63,560 bases of DNA, filler included, from Pirum gemmata (GCA_002812295.1; 23 parts of 23 records of this genome joined end to end with filler, not necessarily neighbours in it); one strand, 5' to 3'. Shown: positions 1-11,269, counted from the first letter of the whole stretch. Numbers and translations are program-made. Notes: generated by a model not told the origin, from the sequence alone.

Positions 1-2646
1 TGTTAATGGATAGCGCATTCCCTCCAGAATGTTCATTATGCACCCCTTCATTCTGGTGTGGATTGGAGTTGTCAAAGTGCACAAATTTCCGTCTTTGCCT
101 GGGTGGTAGAGTAGTGGATTCACTTCTTTTGTTTAGTCCGAAAGCGTCGGTTGCTAGGTTTGTCAGTTTTCTTGAGGTTGGAAGTTGCTGTTCTTTATCG
201 TTGCTGTGGTTTGCGTTATCCTCATTGCTTGGAGTTTCTGCTTCTGCTTTATCGTCGTTGTCGTCGTCTTCACTGCCTTCACTCTCGCTACTGTCGGTCA
301 GGTCTGGTGTATCACTGCTGTCTTCGTCTTTAAAGGCCTCATATCCATGTTTTCCGATCGGTTTCTGAATAATTCTAAACGAGCGGGTTTTAACTATTCG
401 TTTCGTTGATGGGTTGTAGACCTTGTAGGTTTTGCCACAAGCGTTGAGGTCTAGTCCTAGTAATATGCCCTTTACTGCGTTATCACCAAGTTTTCCTGGA
501 CTTATTTTTCGATATAGGACTTTAGAGCCAAAGATTTCTAAATCCTGAAGGTTGACATTTACGTTGTGTTTTTTAGCATAGGACCCGTTGCAGATTGTAA
601 GTATTGTACTTGCTGCATCGAAGGCTTCCGCCCAGAAGCTATCGTCCAAGTTGGCTTGTAGTAATAGAGCTTTCCCCATCTGCTTAACGAGTTTGTTATG
701 CACTTCTGCTTTTCCATTGTGTTCAGGGGTTTCTGCGGCAGTCGTAGTGTGTTTGATACTTAGTCGGGCACAGAGGTCATCAAACCTTTTATTAACGAAT
801 TCCCCACCGCCGTCGGTGTGGATGTGGGTTAAGTTTAAGCCGTAATGATAGTTGGTGTTTATCCATTCTTCTACTCTGTTGGTGAGTTTTTTCTCTTTCA
901 ACGGGATGGAGTGTACGTACGTGCTGTCATTATCAATTGGTTCGCATATTGTGAGGCTGTATTTGTTTCCTCCTAGAGACGTTGGGAACGGTCCCATAAG
1001 GTCCATTGAGACTTTACAGCTGGAATACCCGTCGTAATTTACTTTCCTCCGTTTATTCACTTTTGCTTTCGGCATGTTAGCTTTGGCACATGTGTCGCAT
1101 ACGATATAATCTGGAATATTGGTCGTGTCAACCCCTGTTGCTTGAAGTATCATTTTCAATTTCTTCCCTTGTTTGTGTCCTAGAGCGCAATGCCATTCAA
1201 ATGCTGACTTCTCTTCGTTTAGGGATACCTTGTTCGCTTTTGCGGTGGGTTCCAGTTCTAGTATGTAACCGTTTTCATCTCTTTTAGCCACGAATTTGGC
1301 TTTATCTTTAATATCTTGAGCGATTTTTTCGTCTAGGTCTGTAATGTAGCCACCAGTACTTGTAAAGAGTGTCATTTGTTGACCACTTTCGCCGTTGTCG
1401 CACACTTCCATAACACTTGTTAAGTTATGCTGTACAGGGGCAAGCCTTGCCCTACCATTTAACAACTGTCCTGTTGCTGTACACTTGATGGTGTCGCCGT
1501 TAGCTACATTTGCGTAAGAGACGTTTCTTTTAACATTAGTAAGCAAACTTTCGTTGTTTACAAAGTGTTCACTTGCTCCTGAATCCAGATAGGATTTGTT
1601 GTTAACCCTTCCAATTTTAAAACAACCAAGTGCCGTCCCGGTTGGTTTTTCAGGTTTTTCGCTATTCTTGGCGCGACAGGCTCGTTGAATGTGACCAATT
1701 TTTGAACACTTGTTGCATTTCAACTCTTTTGCCCAACATTCGTCATGGGTATGAGAGGTAGAGTTACAACGTCCACATTTCTTTTTGTTGTTCAATTTAT
1801 TATTCACAATTAATGCTGCTGCCGGTTCTGGTTTCTCCATACTAAGTATGTTCTTGTGGTGAATTTTTGCCCTATTAACAAATTCAGTGAAGTTTGCTCT
1901 ATTGTTGGTCAATTCAATCGTCATTGTGTTCAATTTGAAGATCTTCCATTCATCTGTTGACGGTAGTGCGTCATTAAGGGTTCGGATTTTGGTTCTGTCG
2001 GTCGTGTTTGACCCCTCTTGAGTTGCCAATCGCTCGTACAGGACGCTGCAACGGTCGGCTAGGGCATCGACTGTCTCCTTATTTTTCAGTGTAAGGCCGT
2101 CGATTTCGTCTTTGATTAGTTTTCTTTCACCATCAGCGATGGTGTTGACTTCGGAGTTTATTGCACTCCAAACCAGGTCGGGTCGGGGGTCTAAGGTGCC
2201 GTTTCGTTTCTTTCGAGAGCTTCTTACATGGTGAAACATACTGTCCGATATGTTATCAACCAAGGCAGTCCACATCGCTGATCTTTTTGTTAGGTCTGTT
2301 TCTCTACAGGCATTCCCTTCGGTCACCAAAGTGTCAGTAAGATCGTTATTCAGAGCATACGACTCTAACTTGATCTCCCAATTGGTGAAATTCGTTTTGT
2401 TGAGCTTGGAGCTCGGGTCCATTTTTAGTTTCGTGATGGTCATATTAGAGTAAGTGGGAGATGAGACAGTGTGATTGTAATTAGTGTTTGTGAAATTGAG
2501 TGTATATAGTGTATGTGTGAGGAAATAGTGAAATAAAAACATAAAAAACCTTATATAGAACTTTTATTACCTTAAACGTTCTCGTCGGCCATCCGGCCTT
2601 CTCTCGTAGTCTATTAAGAGAGTATTTTCACTTAGAGAGGTTCCAC
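1..2646 (-). mobile_element. Ty1/copia LTR retrotransposon, 5' part (probable LTR/leader + gag-PR-IN; RT/RNaseH lie beyond the window start)
   Basis: Domain order gag-protease-integrase is diagnostic of copia. GC is clearly higher than in the flanking contigs. A TATA-like 'ctatataagg' lies upstream on the minus strand (~2549-2558). Confidence 0.93.
2..2422 (-). CDS. Copia gag-pol polyprotein, 3'-partial (>800 aa)
   Basis: Manual translation from ATG 2422 gives MDPSSKLNKTNFTNWEIKLES. Two CX2CX4HX4C knuckles (CGRCNSTSHTHDEC, CNKCSKIGHIQRAC), protease YLDSGASEH (~1585), WHCALGH...CDTC (~1195-1090), and integrase SMDLMGP, IHTDGGGEF, TPEHNGKAE. Motif codons at 1585, 1195 and 820 are all in frame with 2422. 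Confidence 0.92.
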   Translation of the reverse strand, partial: MDPSSKLNKTNFTNWEIKLESYALNNDLTDTLVTEGNACRETDLTKRSAMWTALVDNISDSMFHHVRSSRKKRNGTLDPRPDLVWSAINSEVNTIADGERKLIKDEIDGLTLKNKETVDALADRCSVLYERLATQEGSNTTDRTKIRTLNDALPSTDEWKIFKLNTMTIELTNNRANFTEFVNRAKIHHKNILSMEKPEPAAALIVNNKLNNKKKCGRCNSTSHTHDECWAKELKCNKCSKIGHIQRACRAKNSEKPEKPTGTALGCFKIGRVNNKSYLDSGASEHFVNNESLLTNVKRNVSYANVANGDTIKCTATGQLLNGRARLAPVQHNLTSVMEVCDNGESGQQMTLFTSTGGYITDLDEKIAQDIKDKAKFVAKRDENGYILELEPTAKANKVSLNEEKSAFEWHCALGHKQGKKLKMILQATGVDTTNIPDYIVCDTCAKANMPKAKVNKRRKVNYDGYSSCKVSMDLMGPFPTSLGGNKYSLTICEPIDNDSTYVHSIPLKEKKLTNRVEEWINTNYHYGLNLTHIHTDGGGEFVNKRFDDLCARLSIKHTTTAAETPEHNGKAEVHNKLVKQMGKALLLQANLDDSFWAEAFDAASTILTICNGSYAKKHNVNVNLQDLEIFGSKVLYRKISPGKLGDNAVKGILLGLDLNACGKTYKVYNPSTKRIVKTRSFRIIQKPIGKHGYEAFKDEDSSDTPDLTDSSESEGSEDDDNDDKAEAETPSNEDNANHSNDKEQQLPTSRKLTNLATDAFGLNKRSESTTLPPRQRRKFVHFDNSNPHQNEGVHNEHSGGNALSIN

Positions 2647-2746
2647 NNNNNNNNNNNNNNNNNNNNNNNNNNNNNNNNNNNNNNNNNNNNTTAATTAATT
2701 AANNNNNNNNNNNNNNNNNNNNNNNNNNNNNNNNNNNNNNNNNNNN
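2647..2746. other. Artificial contig spacer N44-TTAATTAATTAA-N44 (first of 22, recurring every ~2.75 kb)
   Basis: Identical spacers start at ~2647, 5426, 8196, 10980, 13761, 16599, 19343, 22084, 24864, 27634, 30383, 33184, 35933, 38715, 41514, 44173, 46945, 49713, 52479, 55224, 58025 and 60796. The 12-mer gives stops in all six frames. Confidence 0.97.
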
Positions 2747-3776
2747 TAATAATAATAATAATAATAATAATATATAGTAATAATAATAGTAATAATAATA
2801 ATCCTAACCCTAACAGTACCTTAACCCTAGCTAGAAAAAAGATAAGAGATAGTCAGTCGGTGGTGACGTATGCGTCCTTAGTGGGTTGGATTACAGTATT
2901 CTATCGATAGGAGTTCATCTATCATACTACTATCGTAGCTAGTAGCTAGCTAGCTAGTAGTCTAGCTAGCTAGGAGTTCATAATAATATTATAATACAAA
3001 GACAAGTTTTTTCATGGAGTCTTTGAAGTGGATGATTTGTGTTTGTTCTTGAAAACTTGGCCTTCAAATTTTTGCTGTTAGTTTGTATGTGGTGATAGTG
3101 ATGATCGTATTTTGTATTGCTATATCATATATTATTCAAACGATATCGATACTAGTACTGAGTCATTCGTTTATTGATATTATTAATATTAATAATTATG
3201 TTTGCAATTGCAAGCGCAACATTCTGCACAACAAACAGCTACGTATAATATACATACACCAAAAAAGCATACATAGCAATAACTATAACATTATCATTGT
3301 TGTTCTATACAATATATTAATATAGTATAATACTAGTATTTTATTTAAAAAAAAAGAGATAGCACGACTGGAAACCGTTGGGTCAAAACCTGCATTTTTT
3401 TAGTAAGAAATGATTTATTATAATTAGCTAATTATAATTCAAGCGTATACGTAGTGTAGTCTCTTCTCTATTTTAGGTTTATTATCATGACTAATTCCAT
3501 TGTCAAAAATTATGAGATTTTGCAAGGATTTTGTTAAGTCTTTATCAACTTTTACAAAAAATATAAATAAATATAATACACCAGAGCATTGAAGAACAAA
3601 AATAAAAACGAAAACAATTCCAACACTAATAGTTGCTAAACAAAAACCGAAACAAATCTAAAACCAAAAAGCAAATTTTAAAAAACCAAAAATAAAAAAC
3701 TACCTGCAAAAACTAATAACAAACACGATAACAAAAAAAAAACAAAAAATGACAGAAAAAAAAAAACATTTTTTAA

Positions 3777-3961
3777 ATCGTGCTTTCAGTTATTTTGTCG
3801 TCATAAAATATACAATAAATAGTACCAAATTAATACAATATAAATCCATTTCATTTAATTTGGTGTATTTTATTATATATTTATTTATTTAAAAGTACAG
3901 TTTAAATATTATAAACAGCCAAATAAATATTCGGAGTGACAAAATAAATGAAAAGAACGAT
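3777..3961 (+). mobile_element. MITE family A copy (~185 bp, TIR ~ATMGTGCTTTTCA)
   Basis: atcgtgctttca...tgaaaagaacgat. Homologous copies at ~9338-9545, 10590-10764(-), 16217-16410, 19443-19535(-), 20735-20841(-), 21060-21199(-), 26615-26790(-), 36454-36642(-), 37121-37311, 51558-51694, 52870-53058, 56456-56648, 56735-56865, 57830-57955, 60930-61060(-), 62400-62480(-). Confidence 0.85.
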
Positions 3962-4109
3962 AAAAACTCACAAAATACAGAATTAACAAACACATAAACA
4001 AAAAATAAAAAAAGACAAAAAAAAGAGCAAAATATTAATATGTAATAAATAAATAAATAAAAACCCAATATTATATAATGTGAGTTTCTCTTAGACAAAA
4101 AGTTTTTTT

Positions 4110-4543
4110 TATGGCCGTTACTGCTGGGGTTTTAATTAATTTTAAAATGCAAAAGCCCTCGCCAGTTTCAATGTTTTTAATAACTGATCTGGATTAATAT
4201 ATAACTTAAGCTTGGATACTTAAATTATTAACAAACTGACATACGTTAGATCACATACAAATCCTGTTTACATCGAAATCACGTGTGGTGGAAATACAAA
4301 AAAAACAAAACAAAAGACATAGTAATGATATTAATAGTAGAGTTAGTGGAGATGCATATTATGCTAGCAAAGACTCCAATGAATGGGTATAATGTGAATT
4401 TATCCTGAAAGATGAGGATAAAGGTGTTTCTGGTACACTAATCGCCCCGCGATTGTACTTAATTCTATCTTAGTGATACGTCTCAGAAATATGCCTTTGG
4501 TCTTTGTACTGCTAAAATTCACATTTTGAAAGATATCGATTAA
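4110..4543 (+). pseudogene. Degraded intronless coding remnant of unknown origin
   Basis: Complex, protein-like segments broken by stops and frameshifts: LTYVRSHTNPVYIEITCGG / RVSGDAYYASKDSNEWV*CEFILKDEDKGVSGTLIAPRLYL / FYLSDTSQKYAFGLCTAKIHILKDID*. Confidence 0.35.
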
Positions 4544-4804
4544 TTGAATAATTAACAACAATAAATGAATTTATTAAACATGTAATTTTAATAATTAAAA
4601 TGAAACTTATACGAAACTTGTAATTATATATATAATGCATAATATTTTAATCATGTAGTTTTATTTTTATTTTTAGAGTAAGAATAAATAAATAAGAGAT
4701 AGGAAATATATATACAAGTATAATATTATAATTATATTATATTATATTAATTAATATATAAATATTATAATATTAATATACGCGATAAGTTTTTTTTTTT
4801 TTTT

Positions 4805-5353
4805 TTAATAATCAACAGTTTTGTGATTAATACTTTCCCTTTTTTCCTTTCTGGCTTGTTGCAACAGTATAAAAGAAGAAATAAAAGCAACAACAACCAA
4901 CCCTATAGTAATCATAGCTAGTATAACACCCCATTGTGGCTTTATCATGTTAGGATCATAATTATAAAATTTAGGAAACACAATGATACCAATACCAATA
5001 AACACCATATCAAAGAAATTTATAATTAACACTGCAATGTAAGCTCTAACTTTGGCTGTACAATGCGCATATAATAACACTAAAATCGACACAAAATTAA
5101 CAATAGCACCAAGGATAAAAAATGCCGCTACTACTCGCAATATAACTGCTTTGTCGCTAGGTATTAAGTTGTTGCTTAGGGGGTCTACGCAGATAGAACC
5201 AACACATAACTTGAAAAGGCCTAAAGAATAGTAACTTCCATTGCCGATTAAACAATGAACCCAATTACTAGATACAAGACATGTGATTGTAGTAGCTAAG
5301 GTTACTATTTGTAAAAATAGGGTAATGAAATAAGTGATATTTTTTGTACACAT
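4805..5353 (-). CDS. PMP22/EMP/claudin-superfamily tetraspan membrane protein (182 aa, single exon)
   Basis: Four hydrophobic helices. The first extracellular loop has W...GLF-x-x-C-x4-C (SSNW...SLGLFKLCVGSIC), matching the claudin W-GLW-C-C signature. The W before TM4 and the short basic tail are typical. Confidence 0.8.
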   Translation of the reverse strand: MCTKNITYFITLFLQIVTLATTITCLVSSNWVHCLIGNGSYYSLGLFKLCVGSICVDPLSNNLIPSDKAVILRVVAAFFILGAIVNFVSILVLLYAHCTAKVRAYIAVLIINFFDMVFIGIGIIVFPKFYNYDPNMIKPQWGVILAMITIGLVVVAFISSFILLQQARKEKRESINHKTVDY

Positions 5354-6155
5354 ATTTAAATAATTAATTTTAACAGTTATATATTTTTTTTCTTTTTTTT
5401 TTTTTTTTTTTTCTTTTTTTTTTTTNNNNNNNNNNNNNNNNNNNNNNNNNNNNNNNNNNNNNNNNNNNNTTAATTAATTAANNNNNNNNNNNNNNNNNNN
5501 NNNNNNNNNNNNNNNNNNNNNNNNNTGTTATTGTTATTGTTATTGTTATTGTTATATTGTTATTGTTATTATTGTTGTTATTATTGTTATTATTGTTGTT
5601 ATTGTTATATTGTTATTGTTATTGTTATTATTGTTGTTATTATTGTTATTCTTATTATTATTCTTATTAATATTGTTAACTGAAGTATTATTATTATTAT
5701 TTCGTAACATTAACTTATTACATTAATAATAATATATAAAGGTCCCACAACTAAAAAAATTGTGTAAACAATTAAACTTACCTGTAACAGGACACAAAGA
5801 AGAATTACTTGAAAGAATTTCGAACAACGCTGAAAATTACATTGACAAAGCTGCCTAATTTATATAGGGTATATTAATGTAAACCTATTGTTATTACTTT
5901 TTTAAATAGTAATTTTCTATATTTTTATATTATTATTATAATATTTTGGAATAGTACAATTATATGAAAAAACAACTCTTATGTTTATTATAATTGTATC
6001 AGAAAATCAATACAAAACTAAATAAAATTATTATAAATTGTAACTTATTAAGTAAAATTAAACTAAAAAAGTATTGCGTTCCATTGTTGGCTTTAAAAAA
6101 AAAAAAAAAAAAAAGGTTTTCAAATAGTAATTAAATAAAAGGGAATAATTAAATT

Positions 6156-7211
6156 TTAAGCAACTTCGAGTATCCATAAATCATTTAGTCTAATTGGTTG
6201 GGTGTCATCACCAGAAAGTCCACCAAAAAGCACCAACGCCTCGTTTTTGCTATCAGCATTAGTAGAAATCTTGGCACAATCTGTCCAACCCCTCGGCATA
6301 GGTTTTTCTTTGTCAACAAAATCCTGTAAATTATTATCAATAATTTTTCCAGTGACACCATCTAATCTTTGTAAGTCATTAGAAAATCCACCAGCACCTT
6401 CATGGCCTTTATTACTTGGATCGACTTCACCGCCAAAATACGTAATCACACCATTCAAGACCACACCAGAAGATACACTAAATGGTCTTAATGTATTGTT
6501 AACATCATCATCCTGACAATACAGTTTTTCATAACTTTTAGAATCAATATCATATTTAAATACATCTTTCCTTTCTTCACCAGCAAATCCACCAACAACA
6601 AAAAGTGATTTGTTATCTGAAGATGGAATAAAACCAGCCCCACCTCTACCTTTAATTTCATCACAAGTAGGCAGTGTTTGCCATGTTTTAGTAGTCATAT
6701 TAAACGAATATAAATCACGCATACGACCGTTTGGACCACAACCACCAAAAACATATACAGTATCATTAATTCCAGCAATTTTGTGAAAAGATCTCTTGGA
6801 TGGAGCATTCTCTCCATCACATGGTAATTTTTCCCAAACAAGATTAACTAAATCAAAAGCATAAAAATCATTTAAAGGGGCTTCCTGCATAGTAATACCT
6901 TGTCTTCCGCCGAAAACAATTAATTTGCTTCCGAGTATACATTGTGCATGTCCTACTCTTGCCTCAGGAACTGGACCACCCTTTGGTTCTAATACTTTCC
7001 ATTCAATAGGTTTAGATGAATTATAATCTGTTAAATCAAGAGCATGCACTTTAGAATCGATGGGTGTTCTAGGTATGTTTTCACCACCAAATATAATCAA
7101 TGTATTGTTATACGTAGAAACACCATGTGATGAACGTGCTGAAACACTTTCATCGTGTTTTACGTTCACCCATTTGAACGTTGCTTTTCCGTTGGAAGCT
7201 AATACAGTCAT
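6156..7211 (-). CDS. Kelch beta-propeller protein, nitrile-specifier (NSP/ESP/TFP)-like, 351 aa
   Basis: Six kelch repeats with the family-typical motifs ARSSH, FGGE..PR.PID, ARVGH, RSFH, RGGAG, FGGEVDPS..GHEGAGGF, PRGW and a terminal RLNDLW. Confidence 0.88.
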   Translation of the reverse strand: MTVLASNGKATFKWVNVKHDESVSARSSHGVSTYNNTLIIFGGENIPRTPIDSKVHALDLTDYNSSKPIEWKVLEPKGGPVPEARVGHAQCILGSKLIVFGGRQGITMQEAPLNDFYAFDLVNLVWEKLPCDGENAPSKRSFHKIAGINDTVYVFGGCGPNGRMRDLYSFNMTTKTWQTLPTCDEIKGRGGAGFIPSSDNKSLFVVGGFAGEERKDVFKYDIDSKSYEKLYCQDDDVNNTLRPFSVSSGVVLNGVITYFGGEVDPSNKGHEGAGGFSNDLQRLDGVTGKIIDNNLQDFVDKEKPMPRGWTDCAKISTNADSKNEALVLFGGLSGDDTQPIRLNDLWILEVA

Positions 7212-8130
7212 GTTTTTATTTATAAAATATAATTCAATTTCAAAGGTTTCTTTTATGATTAGAGTATCTTTATATTTTTAAATAATAACAATATGATTTA
7301 TAATAACAATAACAATAATAATAATAATTATAAAAAATTGAATTATTACAAATTTTATTATTATTTATTTTTTTTTATTGTTATTTATTTATAATAATTA
7401 TTTTCCAAAGTTCTCCAGTAATATTTTACAAATAGTGGTCGTGATTTATTTTTTTTGATCATACGAGCTATTATCATAAACTATCTAGACTATCATAAAT
7501 TCATAATAGTCTCTATCCAGAATCCAGATTCCAGACTATCATAATATTATTATTTTTTAAAAATAATTTTTACTATGACATAAATATCATAATATTATCA
7601 TAGTATTATTATACTAATATTATAATATTATAGTATTATCATAATTATTATTGATATCATAGTCTAATATCATAATATTATTATGATAATAAGTTAATTA
7701 ATAACCAGTAGGTCCAGTAGAATGTACAATAGTCTAATTATAAAATTCGAAAGAAGGGGTGCTAGTTAGCTATCATAGCTAGCTAGCTAGCTAGATCAGG
7801 TCGGAGCAGCCCAAAAAACACGTAATCTAGACTTAATCTAGCAGCTACAGTATTAAAACCTATGCTCTAACTAACAGTGCTCTAACCCTAACCTAACCCC
7901 TCTACTAACTAGCTACTAGCTAGCTAGCTATCATAATAATATTATTATGATAATAATTTAGCGTTCAAATACTACGTAACGCTTACGGGTAGGTAGGTAG
8001 GGGGTAACCAAAGTGTATAATAATAATAATAATAATAATAGTAATAATAATAATAATAACCTCGGAGGTACTTAACTGAGAACGATGTGCGAAAACTACA
8101 TAAATAAAAAAAAAAAATAATAATAATAAT

Positions 8131-8195
8131 CCACGATTGCTTGGTTATATTTTGGATGCAGGATTAACCTTTAACACCTATGCAACAACACTAGT
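8131..8195 (+). pseudogene. Short LINE reverse-transcriptase remnant
   Basis: Translates PRLLGYILDAGLTFNTYATTL, like the non-LTR RT C-terminal motif (K/R)xLGxxLDxxLTF. Cut by the contig end. Confidence 0.55.
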
Positions 8196-9337
8196 NNNNN
8201 NNNNNNNNNNNNNNNNNNNNNNNNNNNNNNNNNNNNNNNTTAATTAATTAANNNNNNNNNNNNNNNNNNNNNNNNNNNNNNNNNNNNNNNNNNNNTATTT
8301 ATTTATTTATATTGATATCATAGCTTTTCGACTGCTTTTCGTCACCTTTCGATGTTTCGAGCTTACAGGCTCATTTTTTTACTAGTTATTTATTAACATA
8401 ATTATTATATTATTAATAATATACTCTTTATTTATAGCATGTATTATGATATCGATTTTGACTATTTCGATTACCCAATTCATTTTAAATTTCACTACCA
8501 CGTAACAAATAAGCTTATGTTACGATTTTGATTTCGAGTTCGAAGTACCAAATAAATAAATAAAAAAATATCTATTTTAAATAGGATACTAATTATACTC
8601 TATGTTTTTTTTTAAAATTAAAAAACATGAATTCGAGTGAAATTATAATAACGATATTAATATTATTTTTATGATAACATGTATTATAGGATTTCTTTTA
8701 ATTAAAATGTAGTTGTAGTGTCTATTCTATTAATTAAAATATTCTTAGTAATTATAATTGCGTTATTAATTTTTTTAATTTTTTTTTATGATTACTAGTT
8801 ATATATAATAATAATAATAATAATTATTTAATATTGAAGATTAATTATAAGCTTTAGGTTTTTTGTTGTTTGTTGGTGTTCATTGCGCATGTTGTAAATA
8901 TAATTGTTATAATTATACAAATTATTATACTGTACATGTGGTTTTTGGTATTATTATATATATTAATATTAATTAATATATTATTATATATGGATATATA
9001 TTGTCGTTAAAGTTATAATATACTATCAATTATCATATGCATTATGAATAATAATGAAAGTATTAATTTTACAATATATTAATAATATAATATTATGCAT
9101 ATTATTCGTACGAGGAATACATGCATATTATTTATGATATCATAGTAAACTACTATCATACTAGAAAGACTACAATGTGTACACTAATACACCAGTTGTA
9201 ATAATATTATAAAACAGTTGTCATGTTTAATTGGTTGATGTAGTTCAATTTTGTCAATTTGTACCAAGATAAATCATTTATTTATGTCAATACTCAATAC
9301 TATCGATATCATTATGAAAAATTATCATACCCGTGAT

Positions 9338-9545
9338 AACGTGCTTTTCAGTAGTTTTGTCATCATAAAATATAAAATAAAGAGTACCAAATTAATACTA
9401 TATAAATCCATTGCATTTAATTTGGTATATTTTATTATCTATTTATTCATTTTTAAAAAGGCAAATTTAAATATCATAATCAACCAAATAAATATTCATC
9501 AACCAAATAAATATTCAGATTGACAAAATAAATGAAAAGCACGAT
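9338..9545 (+). mobile_element. MITE family A copy
   Basis: cgtgcttttca...tgaaaagcacgat, with an internal duplication of 'atcaaccaaataaatattc'. Confidence 0.85.
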
Positions 9546-10124
9546 ATGAAGTTGTGATAATGTTTGTTTTATTATTATTTTTCTAATAAGTTAATTTTTT
9601 TCCCTTTGAAATTTTTTTCAAGCTCTGCTCTAGCTAGCATAATATGTAGCTGCTACAGTTCATACTACCTATCTGATATGATAGTACCTACTACTACAGT
9701 AGCTAGCTAGCTACCTAGCTAGCTACCTAGAGTATGATATGATAGCTAGACGGGGTCTACTGGTAGTGGGGGAACTATCATATTCTACTATCGATATCAT
9801 AGTCTATTATCATGGGGGGAACTAGACTACTACAGTATGGGATACTACTATCATACTTTCTCGGCTAGCTACAAGTAGCTATGCATAGTAGCCTTTCTCG
9901 GCTAGCTAGCCACCTATGCATTAGTAGCCTTTCTCGGCTGATTTTTACCAAAGACCAAAGCTCAAACTTCAAACTTCAAAGACCCCACTGACCCCAGGAC
10001 CAACCTCTAGCTAGCTAGCTAGCTAGTAGTAGTAGCTAGCTAGCTAGCTATCGATAGCTAGCTACTAGTACTACTACTAGCTAGCTAGCTAGTATCATAG
10101 TAGCCAGAGTAGACAAAGCACTTT

Positions 10125-10400
10125 TTCAATGTCTGCAATTTTTACGGACGTCCGGGCATTTGGTCGGTCGGGCCCGAAAATTTTCTCGGACAAAAATCCA
10201 AAAATGCTTACTAATTAACTTGTCCGAGTTTTAGTTAGGGTTAGGGTTAGGTTAGGGTTAGGGTTAGGTTAGGGTTTAAGGTTAGGGAAAAAATCCTATT
10301 AAAATTCACGAAATATCGGGACCCGAAAGCAAAGTTTTTCGGGGCCCGACTTTTTATTTATCGGACCGGAGGAAGGTCGGACGCTGCCAGACCACAGCCA
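10125..10400. repeat. GC-richer element with repeated TCGG/CCGA subterminal motifs, probable degraded DNA-transposon derivative, interrupted by TTAGGG repeats (10235-10287)
   Basis: gtcgggcccgaaaa and ttttcggggcccgac are inverted copies of each other. No clean TIR or TSD. Confidence 0.4.
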
Positions 10401-11138
10401 GGACCACTAGCTAGTAAACTCGAAAAATAATTTAAAATCAAGCCTGAAAATCAAGCCGTTTTTTTTTTCAGGACCTTCAAGTCCTTGATTAAAAAATTAA
10501 AGGATTGATCGAAATAATATTTAGCCTAATCTTTTTCGTTTCAAAAAAACAAAACAAACAAACCAAAAAAAAATAATAGGATATATCATATTCCAAATAT
10601 TTATTTGGTTGGTTATAATATTTAAATTGACATTATTAAATAAATATATAGATAATAAAATATACCAAATTAAATTAAATGGATTTATATTGTATTAATT
10701 TGGTACTCTTTATTGTATGTTTTATGATGACAAAATAACTGAAAAAAGACTGAAAAAGTACGACAGCTAGCTCGCTAGCTAGACTACTACTGCTAGCTAG
10801 CTAGCTAGCTAGAGCTATCGATTTCAGATATCATATGTATCATACTTTTATCGCAGCTTTTATTATAGCTAACCTCTAGCTAGCTACTACTATCAGAGCG
10901 TTAGAAAATTCTAGCTAGAAAATTTGCTGGAAAATTTGAAGTAAAAAAAAAAAAAACAAACAAAAAAAATTAAGATAAANNNNNNNNNNNNNNNNNNNNN
11001 NNNNNNNNNNNNNNNNNNNNNNNTTAATTAATTAANNNNNNNNNNNNNNNNNNNNNNNNNNNNNNNNNNNNNNNNNNNNTGGTAATAGTGGTGATAGTGG
11101 TGATAGTAGTAGTAGTAATACTAGTAGTAGTGGTGGTG

Positions 11139-11178
<40 letters not shown>

Positions 11179-11269
11179 TGGTAGTGGTAGTGGTAGTGGT
11201 AGTAGTAGTAGTAGTAGTAGTAGTACAGTACATGATACTAATTATGATAATTTGGATTCCGTTTTTTAG

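Noticed and set aside
6..2453. Several plus-strand ORFs over the first contig
   Set aside because: Antisense shadows of the minus-strand copia polyprotein.
2691..2702. Recurring TTAATTAATTAA palindrome as a biological motif
   Set aside because: Always centred in N runs. It is an artificial six-frame stop linker.
5782..5854. Possible minus-strand exon (AG...CAG|GTAAGT) initially resembling a GPCR segment
   Set aside because: That frame contains a stop. The only open frame has no recognisable similarity, so it may be a UTR exon.
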